The notes under the pieces were generated by a model. It saw nothing but the letters and a program-made list of their open reading frames with translations. It was not told where the DNA came from and searched no databases. DNA of 15,691 bases from Paramicrosporidium saccamoebae KSL3 (Eukaryota; Fungi; Cryptomycota), in NCBI GenBank assembly GCA_002794465.1, contig MTSL01000033.1:1-15691 (forward strand), in the 5' to 3' direction. This document shows positions 1 to 8,982 of the stretch, one piece after another. Made by a program: the position numbers and the translations under genes. Position 1 is the first letter of the stretch. Each line of letters begins with the position of its first letter.

Positions 1-131
1 GTGGCGGAAGATCGCCAGTTGGTTCTTCAGAGGTCGGTGGTGGCGGAAGATCACCAGTTGGTTCTTCAGAGTCCGCTGGTAGTTCTGTCCCCTTGTCAGG
101 GGCTGGTGGTGGCGGGAAATCACCAGTTGGT
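1..131. repeat. 39-bp coding tandem repeat (13-aa unit SEEPTGDLPPPPT) plus a diverged third copy
   Basis: gtggcggaagatc(g/a)ccagttggttcttcagag occurs at 1-32 and 40-71; a related copy gtggcgggaaatcaccagttggt lies at 109-131. Confidence 0.9.
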
Positions 132-316
132 AGCAACTCCTCCTCTGAGCCCTGCGATTCACTCTCAGATAATAGTCCTGTCCCCTTGCCAAGGGGCGGT
201 GGTGGCACAGTGATCGTTGATGGCTCCCCAGAGGGCTTACCTTCAGCCCCCATGGCCGTCTCAAAGAGACTCACAGAGATCCACAACACGCAGATTGCAA
301 TCGCTGTCAACTTCAT
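1..316 (-). CDS. Secreted proline/acidic tandem-repeat protein, 5' part only (runs off the window); not in the ORF track
   Basis: Manual translation from ATG at 316-314 (A at -3) is open to base 1: MKLTAIAICVLWISVSLFETAMGAEGKPSGEPSTITVPPPPLGKGTGLLSESESQGSEEELLPTGDFPPPPAPDKGTELPADSEEPTGDLPPPPTSEEPTGDLPP... It has a signal-peptide-like N-terminus, and the repeat period (39 bp) is a multiple of 3. Confidence 0.78.
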   Translation of the reverse strand, partial: MKLTAIAICVLWISVSLFETAMGAEGKPSGEPSTITVPPPPLGKGTGLLSESESQGSEEELLPTGDFPPPPAPDKGTELPADSEEPTGDLPPPPTSEEPTGDLPP

Positions 317-337
317 TATTGCGTAGCCATACATCGT

Positions 338-405
338 CCACGCCCCCTATGTACGTGTGGAATGTGCACCAATCATCGCGTCCATGTGCCACGCGCCAAT
401 CCAAT
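338..405. promoter_or_regulatory. Candidate promoter of the Pro-rich secreted gene: GC box plus three CCAAT boxes
   Basis: CCACGCCCC (GGGGCGTGG on minus) at 338-346; CCAAT at 369-373, 396-400 and 401-405. All lie within 90 bp of the ATG at 316. Confidence 0.35.
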
Positions 406-583
406 CAAAAGAATCTCGCACGCTCATGGGCGAATCGTCTTTGTGATACCCCAGCCTATCAACTAAGCATTATACTGCTTTACAACTACGGCCTCACTAT
501 TACATCAATTACGCAATAAAGACATCTTTACTAAAGCCGCTAGATCATGATGAACACTCAATGATTAGAACTCGATCCACACT

Positions 584-3376
584 CTACTCGCTCGCATCAA
601 TCTGCATAGAATCGCGGGAAATTTTCCCAACAATCTCAGTTATACGATCACCAAGCGCAACCGCAATGCCCTGGGTCTTGCTTCGCAATCTCAAATGACC
701 AACGACACCAGCCGGGGACCTCTCGAGACAAATATTGGCAAGTATTTCCTCCCCAAACGTAGAGCGAGCATACATGTTGGCGGCAAGATAGTCACCAGTG
801 GCGCTGATGCCGAATCCAGGAGTCAGACAAGACATGTGGGAACCATCCAGGATGGATGTAAATACTTGTTGGAGAGACAAAGAATTGATGGCTGGCACAT
901 TGATTTTGTTCTCCCATTCAAGTGTGGTCCAGGTTGAGCGAAACTCCAAATCTGAAACGGACATGGGACGGACATATTCACAAATGTCAATGGGAATGGA
1001 ATTCAGAATAATGCTCTGCACATCGGTGATTCCGTAGGAAATTGACCCAAACACCAGACCATTGTCGGTGGACCTGACCTTGATGCCAGCCTTGGCAACT
1101 GCAAAGCCCAGTGGGGAAAGATTAATAGGAGCCGGCTTTTCATTCACCTTTAAATCGCCGCTTGTGGACAAGTCAATTGTGACATTTTGCAAAGTTTCCT
1201 CCATCTGGTTGACCAGCAGAATGTCCAGGATAATGTCCGAGTGACTGATGGTGACATAGGTCTCGGCATAGATTTCGTCAGAGAATCCAGTGAGCTGCAC
1301 AACTTTGGACAGCACGGAAACAATTTTGGATTCAGCAGCGTCAGATTCCACCGCCAAGCCAAGATCCTTTTCATAATATCCTTCGGGAATGGCAATTTTG
1401 CTGGTCCTTTCAAGGGCGGAGAAGCGAAAGGCAAGCAAATCATCGACCTTGGCCACAGCGTGCAAAATGGGCGCATCCCTCTTCTTGTCGAGGTGTGCAT
1501 CAAAAGCACTGCGACAATCGGAAGAAAATGCCTGTTGCAGAGACGGAGTAGGCTTGGCTAACACCCGCACAAAGAGCAATAATCGATCATAAGAGTCCTT
1601 GTCAATTTGGGACTTTACCACCCGCGAGAGTCCAGCCCGAAGAACTGAGGTGATGATGAGCATTACGGGCGCCTTGTGAGCTGCGTCTTGGGACTGCAAT
1701 GCGAGCTTTGTCAATGTTGCGCCAAGGGCCACAGCCACCCCATACTGTCCAGCGAGAATGAATTCTCGCAGAATGGGCACATCTGAACATCTCCCACCAT
1801 TGGCCACGGTGGTTAGTGCCGTTTCGGTAGCATAAGTACCATCGGGATTCAGCTTCCGGGTAGCCAAATTTGTCGTCTTTGATTGGCTATTATCAGATTC
1901 ATCCACAAGACGGGCCTTTTCCTCCACCTCTACAATAGGGAGCTGACCAATGCATCGTGTTAGGGTTGCAAAAGCCTCGTCGAAATTGTTGGAGAATTCT
2001 CCAATAATCCACAGCAGTCCGGCGGCGGCGTTGGCATTGGTCGTAGAGTTTTCGAGAATGTCGAGAAATTGAGCCACCTTTGCGATGCGGAGAGGCGGAT
2101 TCCGGTCGAGAATGACTTTAGCGTAGCGGATGGCATCGTGCACAATCGTAGCGTCAGCGTCTTTGAGCAGTTCCACAAAGCAATCAATTGCCAAAGAGTT
2201 GACGGGAGGGAAGCGGAAGGCACAGACATCAATGGCAGCCAACAGTGTCTGCTTGTATTCGGAGGCGCGATCATAGTCTGACAGCCTTCCAAGTTCCTTG
2301 ACCAGAAAAGACACTAAATCGGAAGCATGGCGAGCTGTGACTCCGGACATGAGAATTTCCAACGCCCTTTGCTTGACCGCCAAGTCAGAGGCGCCCAGAA
2401 CACGAAGAACGTCGAGAATCATTTCATTGACGACGCTCCCTTGGCTCTGCTGGAGTATTTTGAATCGGTCCAACACCATCAATTTGGCATTGTTGTCAGT
2501 CTCCTTGACGGCAAGTTCAATGTAACAATTGGCCACGGCGCGAATAGCCACGGGAGAGTTGGAGAGTTGCATTAGGGCTGTGGCTGCCTCAAATTGGACC
2601 ACTGTGGAATTTGATTCAAGCAAATTGACAATGCTCTTGACGTTTCTTGCAACGTTTTCCTGGAAACGGGCTGAATCGGCACGGATGAATTCAATGATGG
2701 CGAGTTGCAGGAGGGGATCCAGAGTGCAGATTTGGTCATTGAGCGTGTCAAAGAATTGCGCAGCCCGGGCCGGATCAGTGTGGCTCAGCATGATAAAGGC
2801 GTTTCGTTGACAGGCAGCATCAGTTTCGGTAGACATTAATGCCTGCACGACTTCGGGAGCGTCGGGGATAAGGAAATCGTTGGTTTGGTAAATGCTCAGA
2901 ATGGCAAAGATGGCATTACGACGCACATAGGCGTGACGGTGCTCCAGACACGCACGGACGGAGGGGAGGAGAGGCTCAAGAATTTCTGCTTCTCGGATGC
3001 GGGTGAGGAAACGCAGAGTCACACCGCGGACATATTCGTTGGGATGTTGCAGGTCGTTTCGGAGGGCATTGCAGAGGAGAATCATTTCGCTCAACAGTCT
3101 TCCCTCATTGTCCAGCTTGGGCACCAGTTCTACAAAGAGCAGGACCAGCTTTTTGAGCAGCTTGTTTTTCTGGTTGGGCAAGACAAAGCGGATAATGGTC
3201 ATGAGGAGGGCGGGTCCCATTCCCGCATGACCTGAGGAGAGGAGGGAGACGGCACTCTTCATGGCTGAAATGCGCGCCGTTTCATTGCCAGTTTCCAAAA
3301 TTCGACGAAGCTCGCTCACCTCGACATTAATGTTATTGCCTCCCACAATAATTGAGCATTCGGCCGCGACGGTCAT
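584..3376 (-). CDS. SEC26: Coatomer (COPI) subunit beta, ~930 aa
   Basis: Beta-COP signature stretches LLMTIIRFVLP, EMILLCNALRNDLQHPNEYVRGVTLRFL, LEPLLPSVRACLEHRHAYVRRNA, DGTYATETAL, QLTGFSDEIYAE, EFRSTWTTLEWENKINV and GHLRLRSKTQGIAVALGDRI. The first true ATG is at 3376 (the ORF-track start at 3406 is TTG); stop TAG at 586-584; no intron is needed. Confidence 0.97.
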   Translation of the reverse strand: MTVAAECSIIVGGNNINVEVSELRRILETGNETARISAMKSAVSLLSSGHAGMGPALLMTIIRFVLPNQKNKLLKKLVLLFVELVPKLDNEGRLLSEMILLCNALRNDLQHPNEYVRGVTLRFLTRIREAEILEPLLPSVRACLEHRHAYVRRNAIFAILSIYQTNDFLIPDAPEVVQALMSTETDAACQRNAFIMLSHTDPARAAQFFDTLNDQICTLDPLLQLAIIEFIRADSARFQENVARNVKSIVNLLESNSTVVQFEAATALMQLSNSPVAIRAVANCYIELAVKETDNNAKLMVLDRFKILQQSQGSVVNEMILDVLRVLGASDLAVKQRALEILMSGVTARHASDLVSFLVKELGRLSDYDRASEYKQTLLAAIDVCAFRFPPVNSLAIDCFVELLKDADATIVHDAIRYAKVILDRNPPLRIAKVAQFLDILENSTTNANAAAGLLWIIGEFSNNFDEAFATLTRCIGQLPIVEVEEKARLVDESDNSQSKTTNLATRKLNPDGTYATETALTTVANGGRCSDVPILREFILAGQYGVAVALGATLTKLALQSQDAAHKAPVMLIITSVLRAGLSRVVKSQIDKDSYDRLLLFVRVLAKPTPSLQQAFSSDCRSAFDAHLDKKRDAPILHAVAKVDDLLAFRFSALERTSKIAIPEGYYEKDLGLAVESDAAESKIVSVLSKVVQLTGFSDEIYAETYVTISHSDIILDILLVNQMEETLQNVTIDLSTSGDLKVNEKPAPINLSPLGFAVAKAGIKVRSTDNGLVFGSISYGITDVQSIILNSIPIDICEYVRPMSVSDLEFRSTWTTLEWENKINVPAINSLSLQQVFTSILDGSHMSCLTPGFGISATGDYLAANMYARSTFGEEILANICLERSPAGVVGHLRLRSKTQGIAVALGDRITEIVGKISRDSMQIDASE

Positions 3377-3453
3377 GTTCGCGGTAAAGTAGTTTTGTTT
3401 AACCAAAGTAGCCGTTTTATGAGGTGTAATTACGAGTGCGACCGGTCAGTAAC

Positions 3454-3525
3454 GGCCGCTTGGTTTAGTGGTATAATTCTCGCTTCGGGTGCGAGAGGTC
3501 CCGAGTTCGATTCTCGGAGCGGCCC
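3454..3525 (+). tRNA. tRNA-Pro, anticodon CGG, 72 nt, intronless
   Basis: Acceptor stem GGCCGCT/AGCGGCC; D arm TGGTTTAGTGGTATAAT; anticodon arm CTCGC-TTCGGGT-GCGAG (CGG at 3486-3488); T arm CCGAG-TTCGATT-CTCGG. The sequence matches the typical eukaryotic tRNA-Pro pattern. Confidence 0.97.
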
Positions 3526-3528
3526 CTG

Positions 3529-3533
3529 TTTTT
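3529..3533 (+). terminator. RNA polymerase III terminator (T5) of the tRNA-Pro gene
   Basis: TTTTT starts 4 nt after the tRNA 3' end. Confidence 0.8.
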
Positions 3534-3561
3534 GACAATTTCCAATAAAAAAGAGATAAAT

Positions 3562-3569
3562 TTTGGCGG
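3562..3569 (+). promoter_or_regulatory. Candidate E2F site upstream of MCM2
   Basis: TTTGGCGG fits the E2F consensus TTTSSCGS and lies ~30 bp upstream of the proposed MCM2 ATG; a CCAAT occurs at 3542-3546. Confidence 0.5.
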
Positions 3570-3598
3570 CAATCCTTAAACCCTGACGAGTGAGTGAA

Positions 3599-6289
3599 AT
3601 GGTAAACGAGGTGGTGCTGGGTGTTTATTATGGAGTAGAGTGGTCGCAAGCGTGGAAATGCGATTGATAGCGACTCGGATGCTCCCCCAGAGCCCTCCCA
3701 GGATTTGTTCCCCCGTGGCAGTGGGGACTTGTATGAGAGTGACGAGGTGGAGGAGGAAGACTTGACAGACCCACGGGGAGGGGAACTGTATGCGAGTGGA
3801 GACCAACCGAGCGACTTTAACGAAGACAGTCTCCCCCCGCCCCTCTCCGATGAGGAGGAGATGGCGACGACTGCTGAAATGCCGTATTTTCCAGATATAA
3901 TTCATGCTGTAGGGCCACGAATGAATTGCCCACTTCCACTCCCAATCCGATCATTTACAATTATGTAGTGCCGCCGCTTGCAACTGCCTCTGAAATCTCT
4001 TATCCGGATTACTGCGACTGGGAGGGACTGGACAGCGCTTTGGGAATGCACCGTACTGCGCCCCCCGTCATGACGGATCTGCGATTGGAGGATGCGACAC
4101 TGACAGAGTTGGAGACGGCGGGTTATACACTGACAGAGATTGTCAGCGAGGCAAAATTCCGCCGACGCATTGCCCGCGATTATCAGCGCTTCCTGACGAC
4201 CTTTACCGACGAAGTGGGCCAATCAGTGTACAACTCGCGTATCCGAGCCATGTGCGCAGCCAACTCTGAGAGTTTGGAGGTGAGTTATTTGCATTTGGTG
4301 GAGACGAATGCCTTTTTGGCCAAACTGCTGGCCAATGTTCCACTTGCCACCTTGGCCATTTTCGACGAAGCCACGATGCGAATTGTATTGCGACTCTTTG
4401 AGGAATATGACAAGATTAAGAGCGAAATTCATGTACGGATCACTGACTTTCCCACCCTCGACAGTCTGCGTGATCTGCGCTATAATCATTTGGGCACTAT
4501 GATAAAGGTGTCGGGGGTAGTCACTCGCCGCAGCGGCGTCTTTCCACAACTGAAGCTCGTCAAATATGACTGTGGAAAGTGCGGAGCCATTCTGGGACCA
4601 TATGTACAAGACTTGAATCAGGAGATTCGCATCAGCGCCTGTTCTGAATGTGAAGCACGTGGGCCGTTTACTATTAATGCGGCACAGACAGTCTATCGGA
4701 ACTATCAGAAATTGACCCTGCAGGAGAGTCCTGGATCAGTGCCAGCTGGCCGTCTGCCTCGTCACAAAGAAGTCATTTTGCTGTGGGATCTTATTGACTG
4801 TGCCCGACCCGGAGAACTAGTTGAGGTTACGGGAATCTACCGAAACAACTTTTCCTACATGCTCAACAGCAAGAATGGCTTTCCCGTCTTTTCCACTGTC
4901 ATTGAGGCCAATTGGATTGGGAAGCGCGCGGATCAGTTTGCCGAGTTCCGCTTGACTGAAGAGGATCAGCGCGAGATTCGCCGATTGGCCGAGGATCCTC
5001 ACATTGGCCTTCGTATCATCCGCAGCATCGCTCCTTCCATTTATGGTCATCAGGACATTAAGACGGCCATTGCTCTGGCTCTGTTTGGCGGACAAGCCAA
5101 GAATGCCCAGGGAAAACATGTGATTCGTGGAGATATTAATGTGCTCCTCCTGGGTGATCCAGGAACGGCAAAGAGTCAGTTCCTAAAGTATGTAGAAAAG
5201 ACGGCACATCGGGCAGTGTACACTACTGGCCAAGGCGCCTCGGCGGTGGGTCTGACGGCCAGCGTGCGCAAGGATCCCCTTACCCGGGAATGGACACTGG
5301 AAGGAGGTGCACTGGTATTGGCAGATAAGGGAGTATGTCTTATTGACGAGTTTGACAAGATGAACGACTCGGATCGCACCAGCATCCACGAGGCCATGGA
5401 GCAGCAAAGCATTTCCATCAGCAAAGCAGGCATTGTCACCTCTCTTCAGGCGCGTTGTTCCATCATTGCGGCAGCCAATCCCACTCGCGGAAGATATAAC
5501 TCGGCCCTTCCCTTTTCGCAAAATGTCCATCTGACAGAGCCCATTTTGTCTCGTTTTGACATTCTGTGCGTAGTGAGAGACACGGTGGATGCAACTATTG
5601 ACGAGAGATTGGCGCGTTTTGTGGTGGGCAGTCACATTCGCAGCCATCCAGAAGCGGACACTATACTGGCAGACACTCTCCAGGCCGACACACTGATCCA
5701 GACGGTGGAGCCTTTGCCGCAGCCGCTGCTTAAAAAGTATTTGCTGTATGCCAAGTCGCGTATCCGTCCTGAGCTCAGTCAGATGGATGTGGACAAGATT
5801 GCGCGGTTGTATGCAGATCTCCGCCGTGAATCGCTGGCCACGGGTTCGATCCCCATCACTGTGCGTCACATTGAGTCTTTGGTGCGTATGTCTGAGGCAC
5901 ATGCGCGTATGCATCTGCGGGATCATGTGCGCAGCGACGACATTGATCTTGCCATCCGGGTAATGCTGTCCAGCTTCATTCAGTCCCAGAAATACTCTGT
6001 CATGACCCATCTGCGTCGTGCCTTTGGCAAATACATTACCCATCGCAAGGAACACGGCGAGCTGTTACTGTTTGCCCTCCAGGAACTTGTCAATGAGCGT
6101 ATTAAGTTGCTGTCTGTCCGCTACTCTGATGAGCTTCCTGGCGAAATTGAAATTGACATGCCCGATTTTGAAGCGCGGGCCAAAGAGCTAAATGTGTATG
6201 ATATCAAGCCTTTCCTCTCCAGTCGCTTCTTTACTGCCTCGGGATGTCGTGTTGATCTTGACCGTCGTGTCATTGTCAAGTCTCTTTAA
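3599..6289 (+). CDS. MCM2: DNA replication licensing factor MCM2, proposed join(3599..3601,3639..3883,3913..6289), 874 aa
   Basis: Zn finger CGKC...CSEC; QESPGSVPAGRLPRHKEVILL; Walker A GDPGTAKS; Walker B CLIDEFDKM; Arg finger SRFD; RRESLATGSIPITVRHIES. The acidic N-terminus is in a different frame (track ORF 3705..3968) and joins through two short GT..TAG introns. The core (~4100-6289) is certain; the 5' exon model is inferred. Confidence 0.95.
3602..3638 (+). other. Proposed 37-nt intron directly after the MCM2 start codon
   Basis: ATG|GTAAAC...GGAGTAG|AGT GGT CGC AAG CGT gives MSGRKRG...; removing it bypasses the TAG at 3636-3638 that closes the N-terminal frame. Confidence 0.6.
3884..3912 (+). 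other. Proposed 29-nt phase-2 intron of MCM2
   Basis: GTATTT...CTGTAG; a length of 2 mod 3 is exactly what joins the N-terminal frame to the main frame. A longer alternative acceptor at 4035 is also in frame. Confidence 0.55.
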
Positions 6290-6300
6290 CCGCATGGCCT

Positions 6301-6384
6301 GGGGGGGGGGAATAATCATGAAGTTGTGATCATCGTAAAGTTGGGATAATCATGAGGTTGAAATAATCGTAAAGTTGAAATAAT
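6301..6384. repeat. G10 homopolymer followed by a ~4.4-copy 17-bp tandem repeat
   Basis: Units gaataatcatgaagttg / tgatcatcgtaaagttg / ggataatcatgaggttg / aaataatcgtaaagttg / aaataat at 6310, 6327, 6344, 6361 and 6378. Confidence 0.8.
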
Positions 6385-6475
6385 TTATTCAAGTATTGTA
6401 TGCATGTATTGTGTTGTATGTGTGTATTATGAAGGTGCGAACGAAAATACGGGTACTGTGGAGAGTAGTACGAAT

Positions 6476-6590
6476 TTATGGATCGACTCACTCATAGTTC
6501 AACTTATGGATCGACTTTTATATCAACTCATGGATCGACTTTTATATCCACTCATTTCTATAGCAATTCACTTTATGGACCGACTCATTT
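6476..6590. repeat. Four-copy ATGGA(T/C)CGACT repeat
   Basis: The core starts at 6478, 6506, 6530 and 6575; copies 2 and 3 form a 24-bp tandem (atggatcgacttttatatc(a/c)ac). Confidence 0.8.
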
Positions 6591-6620
6591 ATTTGAACCA
6601 TGTGATATATGTTCCTACAC

Positions 6621-8838
<2,218 letters not shown>

Positions 8839-8982
8839 TAATTTATCCATAAAACTTTGATCCGGTTTATATCGTGTAATGTGTAGTGTGTAGTGGGTGG
8901 AGTATAAGGCACAATAGAACGGGTATCCCTGGACCATCTGCATAATTAATTAGGGTGGTTAGCCAGGGTATCGCTGTACGAG

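Noticed and set aside
1-519. Plus-strand track ORFs 1..213, 93..326 and 217..519
   Set aside because: These are antisense shadows of the minus-strand repeat gene or run across its promoter; they have non-ATG starts or no coherent protein features.
547-560. ATGATGA box-C-like motif after the SEC26 stop
   Set aside because: No matching box D with a terminal stem at a suitable distance; no snoRNA can be supported.
3377-3406. 10-aa N-terminal extension of SEC26 (MVKQNYFTAN)
   Set aside because: It starts at TTG; family similarity begins at the ATG at 3376, which has A at -3.
3446-3905. Minus-strand ORFs 3446..3649 and 3576..3905
   Set aside because: They are antisense to the tRNA and the MCM2 5' exons, with no recognisable product.
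3909-3968. Alternative 60-nt MCM2 intron GTAGGG...ATGTAG
   Set aside because: It keeps the N-terminal frame and runs into a TGA about 35 codons later, so it cannot join the helicase frame.
5183-6055. 290-aa antisense ORF inside MCM2 (and 205-aa antisense ORF 7900..8517 inside ATP2)
   Set aside because: Typical stop-poor shadow frames of conserved genes; the translations show no motif.
6476-6590. CRISPR-like reading of the repeat arrays, and prokaryotic operon or terminator readings generally
   Set aside because: The sequence is eukaryotic (introns, COPI, MCM2, presequences); the repeats are only 11-17 bp with near-identical or very short spacers, and there are no cas genes.
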